A stretch of 64,000 nucleotides of DNA from assembly GCA_963749155.1 (NCBI GenBank), contig CAVVLO010000002.1:448001-512000 (forward strand), given 5' to 3'. Source of the stretch: an uncultured Armatimonadia bacterium (GTDB lineage: Bacteria; Armatimonadota; Zipacnadia; CAVVLO01). The notes under the pieces are model-generated. The model worked only from the letters and a program-made list of their open reading frames with translations. It was not told where the DNA came from and did no database searches. A program made the translations under genes and the position numbers. Positions within the stretch are counted from its first letter, which is position 1, and every line of letters begins with the position of its first letter. Positions 10,164-17,987 of this stretch are shown piece after piece.

Positions 10164-10199
10164 CGCCCCGGTCCACTTGGGCCGGGGCGCTTTATTTTG
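10164..10199 (+). terminator. Intrinsic terminator
   Basis: Hairpin CGCCCCGGTCCA/TGGGCCGGGGCG followed by CTTTATTTT, between convergent genes. Confidence 0.75.
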
Positions 10200-10213
10200 C
10201 TTCAGTTTCGAGG

Positions 10214-11572
10214 CTAGTCTTCAGGCTCTACCTCGATTAAAATCCGCCTGTAAGCAACCAGAGGCGGCTCTCCTGAGTCGCAAACCTCCAGGATAACGTG
10301 AATCTCCGTCCCGCCGGCGTCCTCGGGCACAGTAAGGCGAGTCTTAGCCGCTGTCGGCGCTACAATTGCTACCTCACCTTCATAAGTACCTGCTTCAGGA
10401 TACACCCACCACTTGAAGCTCAGCTCATCGCCGTCAGGATCACTAGAGCGAGAGGCGTCCAGTTTGAGAGTCTTCCCAGGCTTGCTGTGAAGTCTCTCGA
10501 TACGCCGGCTCTTGTCCTTGCCCAGCGCTGCCACTGGTCGATGGTTGGCCTGGGCAAAAGGCTTCACGCACCAGTCGAGTCGGGCTTTGAAGTCGTTCTG
10601 CAAAGCCGCCGCCCAGCGCCCCAGGATATTATCTCGGTGGGTTGTGCCCTCCCAGGTGTCCACCGGAGAAGCCCAGTAACACGGCCGGCCCCCGTAGGCT
10701 TCGTTCAAAGCATAACGTCCGGCCCAGCTTCCCCAACCAGGGTGCTCGGGATCGTTCATCCCCGTCGGCACCAGGTAGAGGAAGGTCATCGTGTCGCCTT
10801 CCTTCTGCGGCCGGTCCGTGTTGGTCGGATAGAGCGCCCCCAGAGGTCCGTGGCCAGTACGGACATCCTGCTCCAGGTCGAACCCACCCGCCGTCGCCGT
10901 CAGCGCCGAGAAGCGATGATACCAGCGCCTGCCATCCACCTCAGGTTGAAACGCGTTCAGATAACACGGAAAGGGTGGCTCCAGCGTCGTTGTATGCTCG
11001 CCATACCTTTCCATCCCCGTGATGCGCAATCGCCGCTTGAACAGGCTGTAACCCTCCTGCCCGCGCTCGGTCAGCACCTTGTCGAGAGCGCGCTTCAGGT
11101 TGTTGCGGGCAGAGCCTTCATCAGCGCCCCACTCGCAATACCAGACTGGGCGCGGGTCGGGACTGTCCACGGCGGCGATAAGCAAGTTTACAGCCTCGTC
11201 TGTGTCGTCATAACCTGGCACCACTCTTGCCAGCAACTGGCCCGGCTCAGGATAGCGCCCATCATGCTGCACAAGGTTCGGATAGCACTCTCCATATGCC
11301 CTCACCAGCCTCTGGACAATCCCCAGGCCTGTGCGGTCTTCGGCTCGGTTGTCGCCGCGTGTTACCGGCCTGACGGCGATGATACCCTCGACGTCCCACT
11401 CGTTGGCGTATAGCAAAAAACGCACCAAGGACTGCTCATCGTCTGGGTCTCCCCCTGCGTCGGTCTCGATTATGACTCGGAGTTTTTCCGGAGCAGGTGT
11501 CGCCGCGTTCGCGCCGCCGCGCGCTAGCATCAAGCCCAGGATCAGCAACAGTGGGAGCAGCAGCAGCTTCAT
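10214..11572 (-). CDS. Secreted DUF1593 nucleoside-hydrolase-like protein with Sde182-type C-terminal Ig domain
   Basis: IIETD.GGDPDDEQSLVRFLLYANEWDVEG, GHGPLGALYP, EGDT, GSWAGRY, NDFKARLDW and SSDPDGDELSFKWW.YPEAG. Confidence 0.85.
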   Translation of the reverse strand: MKLLLLPLLLILGLMLARGGANAATPAPEKLRVIIETDAGGDPDDEQSLVRFLLYANEWDVEGIIAVRPVTRGDNRAEDRTGLGIVQRLVRAYGECYPNLVQHDGRYPEPGQLLARVVPGYDDTDEAVNLLIAAVDSPDPRPVWYCEWGADEGSARNNLKRALDKVLTERGQEGYSLFKRRLRITGMERYGEHTTTLEPPFPCYLNAFQPEVDGRRWYHRFSALTATAGGFDLEQDVRTGHGPLGALYPTNTDRPQKEGDTMTFLYLVPTGMNDPEHPGWGSWAGRYALNEAYGGRPCYWASPVDTWEGTTHRDNILGRWAAALQNDFKARLDWCVKPFAQANHRPVAALGKDKSRRIERLHSKPGKTLKLDASRSSDPDGDELSFKWWVYPEAGTYEGEVAIVAPTAAKTRLTVPEDAGGTEIHVILEVCDSGEPPLVAYRRILIEVEPED

Positions 11573-11619
11573 CAGGTATCTCCTAATCGACTGGATTATT
11601 CCTGCCGAGATAAAGTAAC

Positions 11620-12639
11620 TTACAGTGCCTCGTGGGCCGTGGCGATGGCTTTTACGGTCTCGTCAGGCACCTCGGCCGACAGTTCACTCGTCCACAGCAG
11701 GCTGATACACTCGGCCGGAGAGGCCCCTTCGACCATCTCTCCAATGAAATCGCCCACCTCGCGCGGTCGTTTCTGTTCGACGAGTTCGGCGTTCACTATC
11801 AGGCTGAAGGGGGTCTCTTTATAAGACTGCCGAATTGCCCGGTAGTCGCTGCCTCCACCGATGTCCAGGGCGGTCGGATTGAGTGGTTTGTAGACGTCGA
11901 TGTAAGCATCGAACACCCCGCAGTGGTGCAGGTAGAAGTCGCCCACCTGCTCGCGCACCCACAGGTCAACTGGCAGCACGACCTCGCGGTAGACGCGCGG
12001 GGAGAGCATCACCGCTGGGCAGTTGCCATAACCGAAGACCATCCGGTCCAGGGGGAAACCCTCCGGCTGGATGAGAGCCGACACCTCTCGGTACAGCCTG
12101 AACTCCGTCTCAGCTATCACCCGTAGCACGTGTTGGGCGACCTTCGGGTCTGTCGCACACGCCATCAGGAAGTCTTCGGCATATATGTTGACAGCTACGT
12201 TGAGCGGACTGCCTGTGTTGATGCCTCCTGCGCAGGCTCCATACTTCTCGGCCAGCACTCGCGCTTCCCAGAGCCCTGTCTGGATGACCGGATTGGTCTC
12301 GAAATCCGGCACCTCGAGCCCTGCCATCGCTTCGAGTGACCGGTCCGGCAGTGGCAGGTTGGCCGGCGCCTGGTCCTTCGGATAGACAATCTCGCAGCCG
12401 AACAGCGCTGGCATAAAGTAGTTGCCGTAGCGCTGGCTGATATTGGGACCGGCGCCAGGGTCGGCGCTGCCCAGATTCACGTCCGCGAAACGCTCAAAGA
12501 GCAGTCGTTGCTGCTCCCGGAAGCCCTCTGTCCGCTCCACTGGGTCCGTCCAGAAGTCCTCTCCGAAGTCCATCCCGTATTGCCTGGCGAACCACGTCGG
12601 TGCGAAAGTAACCGCCACGGGATTGATAGCATGACTCAT
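11620..12639 (-). CDS. Uroporphyrinogen decarboxylase / MtaA-CmuA superfamily protein
   Basis: PALFGC, SPLNVA, MLSPRVYREVVLP.D and LHHCG. 4-nt overlap with the upstream gene. Confidence 0.7.
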   Translation of the reverse strand: MSHAINPVAVTFAPTWFARQYGMDFGEDFWTDPVERTEGFREQQRLLFERFADVNLGSADPGAGPNISQRYGNYFMPALFGCEIVYPKDQAPANLPLPDRSLEAMAGLEVPDFETNPVIQTGLWEARVLAEKYGACAGGINTGSPLNVAVNIYAEDFLMACATDPKVAQHVLRVIAETEFRLYREVSALIQPEGFPLDRMVFGYGNCPAVMLSPRVYREVVLPVDLWVREQVGDFYLHHCGVFDAYIDVYKPLNPTALDIGGGSDYRAIRQSYKETPFSLIVNAELVEQKRPREVGDFIGEMVEGASPAECISLLWTSELSAEVPDETVKAIATAHEAL

Positions 12640-14357
12640 CTCTCATCACCCAGCAGGCGCGTTAAGCGAGCCTTGATCCAGTCGGCATCGCGTGGGAAGT
12701 CCGCATATCCCTTTATGTCCGCAAGCAGCGGGTCGTCAGGACTGATGAGGAGTGTCTGAAGCAGCGCATAATCCTGCAGCGACTCGGCGAAGACCTCCCA
12801 CCGGATAGAGTCCATCGGTCCTGTGGGCCCTGGATAGACCAGGAAGGGATCCCCGGGTGGGATGCCAGGCCAAGCCTCACCGCAAAGCTCGGTGAAGGGG
12901 TCGACCAGCCGCTCCTGCTCCATCGCATGCCAGTAGTTATAGCCCCAGTGCAGGAAGCCATCTGCCCTGAGTCGATAAAACAACCAGCCTGACATCCTGA
13001 CAGTGGCTAGTGGTGTGTCCAGGAGCCGCTGCAAATAGGGCCCTCTCGGCCCGCAACAGAAGTAGACCCAGTGTGGGATGCCCTCGTCGATATAGGCTTG
13101 AGCGGCGCTGATCACCGGGATCGGCGTGTCGGTAAGGCCTTGTCTGCCATATTCGATATCACTCAGCGCGTCCATCACTTTCATCCAGGGCGCAAGTTCT
13201 CTCAGCCACTCACGTGCCTTACGATAGCGGTCGACGTCATCGGCAGCCCCTGGCTCATCTGACAGGTGGAACCAGGAGTGTCTCAGCAGCTTCTCCTTGA
13301 GCAGAAAAGTGTGCCAGGCGGGCAGGTATTGTTCCAGGAAGATTCGGTAAGTGTCCGAGAAGGCGCCCGTCTCGATGGGCCAGAGCAGTTTCGCCTCGCC
13401 TTGGGCGTTGTTGTAGACCGGCATCGCGTTGTGCAGGCCCCAGTAGATCCACAGATGTGGCCACTCGAACTGCTCGAAGCCTGCCTTCCGAGCCAACTTG
13501 ATAAACCGCTCGACTCTGGAGAAGTCAAAGCTGTACTGGCCCGGCGAAGATTCATCAATTATCAGCAGTTGAGCAGGCCGTTTGAAGGTCTCGCGCCGCA
13601 TGAAGAGGCTCGGTACATAGCAGACATCGGTGCCGTGGGTGTGGAGATCGGTAAGGTAAGCTTCGGCAAGCTGCCACCAGCGCTCATCGAAAGGTTCTGT
13701 CTCATACCAGTCCCACAGACACTCCGCTCTCCACCAGTGCACAACAGGGAAGCCATGCCGCGGCTGTAATACGACCCGGCTGACCCTGGCCTTGGCCTCC
13801 AACTCGGCCTGTTGTGTTCCCTCGTGGAAGGAGAGCCTAGCTTTCAGAATATGCGAACCAGGCTGCGCGTCGGTGTTCGCCCTTACAGTCACCCAGAAGC
13901 TGACATTCTCACCCGGACCCACGTCGGCCACCTGGTCGGGCCAAAGCGGGTCGGGCACGTAGCCTGGGATGTACTCACTGCCTTCCTGCAGCGAGGGATC
14001 CACCTCGGTGGTGTGAAAACGCACCGGCACATAGCCGACGCGCCGCACCGTGGCAGAGAGCCCCTCGGGCGCCTCCACCTGGCACTCGACCCTCAGCGGC
14101 CAGACTCGCTCGTTGCGGCAGCATAACTGGAAGGACGCCTGGCCTCCGCGTGGCAACAGTACCTCGACAGTCTGTTGGTCGCCAGGCGCAGAGTTGGGGT
14201 AGACGCGCTCCAGGGACGAGGTAGCCCAGAACAGCAGGCGCGACCCTTCCACCCCATCCGGCTCGATTACAAGTGGCCCCTCTGCGCTCTTGCCGGGCAT
14301 GGCTAATGCAAGGACCAGTGCCAGCGCTAGAGCCGGCAACAGCAAGGCGTTCGCCAT
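12636..14357 (-). CDS. Secreted DUF4091 / GH123-like glycoside hydrolase
   Basis: Signal peptide. Motifs PDPL, LSDEP, WVYFCC, GFLHWGYN.W, PGD..LVYP and SIRWE...E.LQDY. Confidence 0.8.
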   Translation of the reverse strand: MANALLLPALALALVLALAMPGKSAEGPLVIEPDGVEGSRLLFWATSSLERVYPNSAPGDQQTVEVLLPRGGQASFQLCCRNERVWPLRVECQVEAPEGLSATVRRVGYVPVRFHTTEVDPSLQEGSEYIPGYVPDPLWPDQVADVGPGENVSFWVTVRANTDAQPGSHILKARLSFHEGTQQAELEAKARVSRVVLQPRHGFPVVHWWRAECLWDWYETEPFDERWWQLAEAYLTDLHTHGTDVCYVPSLFMRRETFKRPAQLLIIDESSPGQYSFDFSRVERFIKLARKAGFEQFEWPHLWIYWGLHNAMPVYNNAQGEAKLLWPIETGAFSDTYRIFLEQYLPAWHTFLLKEKLLRHSWFHLSDEPGAADDVDRYRKAREWLRELAPWMKVMDALSDIEYGRQGLTDTPIPVISAAQAYIDEGIPHWVYFCCGPRGPYLQRLLDTPLATVRMSGWLFYRLRADGFLHWGYNYWHAMEQERLVDPFTELCGEAWPGIPPGDPFLVYPGPTGPMDSIRWEVFAESLQDYALLQTLLISPDDPLLADIKGYADFPRDADWIKARLTRLLGDER

Positions 14358-14388
14358 CCAGGATCACCCCTTCGAGTCTGCCCAGATG

Positions 14389-14422
14389 TTCGCTCAGCAG
14401 GACGCCTCCCCTGCAAGTGGAA
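14389..14422. promoter_or_regulatory. Overlapping divergent sigma-H-like promoter pair
   Basis: Minus strand GCAGG-N17-CGAA (14414-14389) and plus strand GCAGG-N17-GGAA (14397-14422). Confidence 0.65.
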
Positions 14423-14459
14423 GTAGTCCCTACGGCATATCAGAGAGGGTGAAGCGCTG

Positions 14460-15323
14460 ATGGCAGAGCGTATTGGGCTGATCGGGCTGGGCCTTGTTGG
14501 CTGCGCGCTGACGAAGCGTCTGATTGCCTCTGGCCGCACCGTAGTCGGCTTCGATATCGCTCCCGAAGCCTGCGGGCAGGCTACCGAGCTGGGCGTCGAG
14601 ATTGCCAGAAGTGCCCCGGAAGTGGCCTCGGAGAGCTTGAATCTCCTGCTCAGCTTGCCGGATTCCGACGTGGTGACCCGCCTGCTTTGGGAAGAAGGGC
14701 TGGCCGAGGCGCTGCGCCCTGGCGCGCTGGTGCTGGACACCACGACAGGCCGTCCTGCGGATGCGACCACTAACGCCCAGCGGTTGGCCGAACTTGGCCT
14801 GCGCTACGTGGACGCGCCGCTTTCGGGGTCGAGTGAGGAGATCGCCAAAGGCACTGCGACCGCGCTCGTGGGCGCGCCGGAGCCTGAGCCGAAGCTGCTC
14901 GATTTGCTGGAGGTCTTCGCGCGGCAGGTGTTCTTCCTCGGCCAGCCGGGCGCAGGGTGCCTCGCCAAACTGGTCGTGAACCACGTGATGGGCCTCAACC
15001 GCGCGGCGCTCGCGGAGGGACTGGCTCTTGGGCTTGCGGCAGGCCTCGACGGGGCGGAATTGCTCGAAGTGCTGCGCGGCAGCGCGGCCAACTCGCGCGC
15101 GCTGGAGCTAAAAGGCCGCAGGATGGTGGAGGGAGACTTCTCCCCTGCCTCGCGCATCGCCCAGCACGCCAAGGACGTGGCGCTCATCCTGGAGCTTGCG
15201 CGCTCCCTCGGCGCCCGCGTCCCACTGGAGGAAGTCCACTCCGCGCTGCTCTCTGAAGCCATCGGAGCGGGCCTCGGCAACCTCGACAACGCCGCTCTGA
15301 TCAAGGTGTTTCGGAAAGAATAG
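14460..15323 (+). CDS. NAD(P)-dependent beta-hydroxyacid dehydrogenase (3-hydroxyisobutyrate / tartronate semialdehyde reductase family)
   Basis: IGLIGLGLVG, YVDAPLSG, AKLVVN and KD..LILE motifs. Confidence 0.9.
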   Translation: MAERIGLIGLGLVGCALTKRLIASGRTVVGFDIAPEACGQATELGVEIARSAPEVASESLNLLLSLPDSDVVTRLLWEEGLAEALRPGALVLDTTTGRPADATTNAQRLAELGLRYVDAPLSGSSEEIAKGTATALVGAPEPEPKLLDLLEVFARQVFFLGQPGAGCLAKLVVNHVMGLNRAALAEGLALGLAAGLDGAELLEVLRGSAANSRALELKGRRMVEGDFSPASRIAQHAKDVALILELARSLGARVPLEEVHSALLSEAIGAGLGNLDNAALIKVFRKE

Positions 15324-15333
15324 GGGATAAGCC

Positions 15334-16253
15334 GTGATGCGCTTCTTGATGATTGCCCTCGCCTGCCTGCTGCTTGCCCATACTGCCTGGTCCCTTAGCG
15401 AAGCCGAAGTCATCCAGGCGATTCGCGATTTCGAAGGTAACCAGAGCCTGGAGGTGACCCTTGAGAATCCTGATGAGTGGGACGCTCCTATCCCCAACGG
15501 GCATGGTAACCGAACCGTCTACAACGCCGTCGGTCCGCAGAGCAGGGGCCCTCGTGGCGACCTATGACGTCACAGTCGGTAACTTTCCCCAGTGGTCTTT
15601 GTCTCATACGAGACGGTCCGGTAGGCACGCCAGTGACTGAGCAGGAGGCAGCCGAGATCGCCAAGCAGTATGCAGCCCAAAAGCTAACGGGCTTTAACGC
15701 TGAGCCTCTACGGAGCCACCGGGGTAGGCTGTCAGCTTGGAGAATACGGGGTCGAATTGTGGCGCCTCTGGCTAATGGCGCTCGTACGCAGGCTCGGCGG
15801 CTGCAATGTCTGGTGTCACGCCGACACTGGTGCGGTAACCGCGTTCCACGGCAACTGCGGGTAGCTTGACCCCAGACAGTGAATCGGTCCCCGCACTAAG
15901 CCAGGAGACGCGCTGGCGCTGGCTCGGCAGAGGTATCCTGCTCTTGCTACAATCGAGCCCACGAGACAGCGTTTACGCTTACTGGAGACGGCTGGCTCTG
16001 CTAGGCGTTCGAGTTCCCCCGCAGGCAGGTATGCCCGAAGAGCCCCAGGCCGCGTCATCATTGATGCAAACTCCGGTGAGGAATTACTCGTCGACTGGTG
16101 GCGCGGGCGGGGTAGAGCCTCTTCAGATGGCCGACCATTGAGCAGCTTAGTGGACGCATGTCAGTCCGTCTCATTAGTTAGTGCAGGAGGCGTTGCCCTG
16201 GGGCTCTCGCCCTAGTGGCGCTACTCCTCTGGCGACGCAGGAAGCCTTCGTAG
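15334..16253 (+). pseudogene. Multiply frameshifted exported PepSY-like repeat protein with C-terminal membrane anchor
   Basis: Signal peptide MRFLMIALACLLLA. Fragments in different frames: VTEQEAAEIAKQY, HADTGAVTAF, GDALALARQ, VIIDANSGE. Ends GALALVALLLWRRRKPS-stop (TAG 16251-16253). Confidence 0.55.
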
Positions 16254-16274
16254 CATACCTATAGTTTTGTAACT

Positions 16275-16310
16275 GCCCCGGCCGTCCCCCTGAGGTCGGG
16301 GCTTTGCTTT
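16275..16310 (+). terminator. Probable intrinsic terminator
   Basis: Stem GCCCCGGCC/GGTCGGGGC followed by TTTGCTTT, between convergent genes. Confidence 0.6.
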
Positions 16311-16311
16311 G

Positions 16312-17877
16312 CTACCCCAGGGCCTTCTCCATCCGGTCCACCACGAAGTCCACGACGCGAGGGCAGGCGATGAGGGGGAGTTTCGTCAGCACCACGGGTG
16401 GGCAGTCGGACTTGTAGGTCTGAGCGCTCGCGTCCAGCCCCCCCTCGACCAGCCGCGCCGCGAAGCTCCGCGCCGCCTCGAGGCCCGTGAAGGCCAGCGC
16501 TCCCATATGCCGCCGCCCCTCGATGCCGACAAGCTGGTCCGGGCGCCGCGAGGCCAGCTCGCGCAGCCGCTGCTCGTAGTAATCCCCCACCCGGGCCGTC
16601 ACTTCGGCGTTTGCCTGCGTCCAGCCGAGGGTGACGAGCCAGGCCAGAGAGGCCAGTTCCTCCTGCCCGTTGGTCACCAGCGCGCCGAACTGGGGCAAGC
16701 AATCGAGCGCCGCGCTGAACAGCAACCGGGAAGCGGGATATTCTCCGCCCGGGAAACCCTTCCCCAGCGCGACCGCACTCGGCCTTAGCCCATATTCGCG
16801 GAACTGCACTAGCGCCGGGCTCCACACGCAGGACTGGATCTCATCGCACACCACAGGCACGTCGTGGGCTTCGGAGAGGGCGTAGGCGCGGTGGAGGAAC
16901 TCCTCCGACAGCAACCTGGCGCCGTAGTTCATCATTACGATCTCGTGGAAGAAAACCGCCAACTTGTAGGGAGGCTGCTCCCACCGCGCGAAGGCGGCGT
17001 CCAGGTCTTCGCTATGATTTGGCCGCACCGCCGCAACGCGCAGCAGGCCGGCCTCCTCCATCCCCCCAAGCAGCTCGGGCCACATCCCGCGCGTCGCCTG
17101 GTTCAGCACCGTAGTGCCGTGATAGTTGGCGTGGAGGGTCCCCTCATCGCTCCCCATCACAAGCACGACGGGCACGCGCCCTGCATAGGGCGGCTCGGGC
17201 TGGTCTTCCTGAGAGCGATAGAAGCGCGCCAGCGCGAGCTTCAGCGCCGCCTCGCAGGCAAGGCTCCCCGTCTCGAGGTTGAGCACCCGGTTGAGGGTGC
17301 CCAGGTCGCGCCGGCCCATTACGGCCTCGAAACCCGCCTCATCGTCCTCGGCAAGGCCGTTCGCCAGGCGCACCAGGCGCTCTTCAAGCAACCGTGTGAT
17401 ATGGCCGCGTGTGTTGTTGTGGGTCGCGTTAGGCACGCCAAGCTGACGCGCAACGTCCAGCAACTCATACCCGGGGAAGCTGTGCCCAAGCGGGGCGTGG
17501 TAGTGCTCGCTCTTGGTGATCAGCCGCAGCCGCCCGTCCTCGCTCAGCCTGAAGAAACCAAGCCCCGAAAGCGGCGCCTGCGCCTTCTTGGTGGCTTTCT
17601 CGAAGCTCTCGGTGGTCGCGCCGGAGGCGGTCTCGAGACCGGAAGTGTCGATAATCTGCTCTCCAACTCGCGGCAGTAGCGAAAGCAGTCGCTCGTGAAT
17701 TTTTACGGGGTAAAATTCGACCAGCCGAGTAGCCGCTGCCAGCAGCGCCTCGGCGTCCTCCCCCGTAAGCGCCGCGCGCGCGGCAACGACCTGGCGGATA
17801 TAGCCCTCGCCGACCAACTCGGCAAGCGACCTGCTCACGGGCACAAACTGATTTACGGGAGTTGCCACGACGTCCAC
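16312..17877 (-). CDS. Class III PLP-dependent aminotransferase (long variant)
   Basis: PLGH, LETGSLACEAALK, NYHGTT, FFHEIV, CDEIQS and ALGKGFPGG (PLP lysine). Confidence 0.85.
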   Translation of the reverse strand: MDVVATPVNQFVPVSRSLAELVGEGYIRQVVAARAALTGEDAEALLAAATRLVEFYPVKIHERLLSLLPRVGEQIIDTSGLETASGATTESFEKATKKAQAPLSGLGFFRLSEDGRLRLITKSEHYHAPLGHSFPGYELLDVARQLGVPNATHNNTRGHITRLLEERLVRLANGLAEDDEAGFEAVMGRRDLGTLNRVLNLETGSLACEAALKLALARFYRSQEDQPEPPYAGRVPVVLVMGSDEGTLHANYHGTTVLNQATRGMWPELLGGMEEAGLLRVAAVRPNHSEDLDAAFARWEQPPYKLAVFFHEIVMMNYGARLLSEEFLHRAYALSEAHDVPVVCDEIQSCVWSPALVQFREYGLRPSAVALGKGFPGGEYPASRLLFSAALDCLPQFGALVTNGQEELASLAWLVTLGWTQANAEVTARVGDYYEQRLRELASRRPDQLVGIEGRRHMGALAFTGLEAARSFAARLVEGGLDASAQTYKSDCPPVVLTKLPLIACPRVVDFVVDRMEKALG

Positions 17878-17913
17878 CTCGAATCAGAATAACTCGCAGT
17901 AAGTGTTGCTTTC

Positions 17914-17960
17914 TGTTATGAAGCATAACACCGCAATCGTCTCAAAACAAGCCCTGTCAA
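17914..17960 (-). promoter_or_regulatory. Sigma-70-type promoter with palindromic operator
   Basis: TGTTATG-AAG-CATAACA (17914-17930) overlaps an extended -10 TGtTATGCT. TTGTTT lies 17 bp upstream and a TTGACA is at 17960-17955. Confidence 0.55.
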
Positions 17961-17987
17961 GCTTCTGCGCGTTGTTAGCTTGGCACA

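Noticed and set aside
11590..11615. GCAGG upstream of the DUF1593 gene
   Set aside because: The position 17 nt downstream is GGAG, the RBS, not NGAA, and it is too close to the start. Not counted as a promoter.
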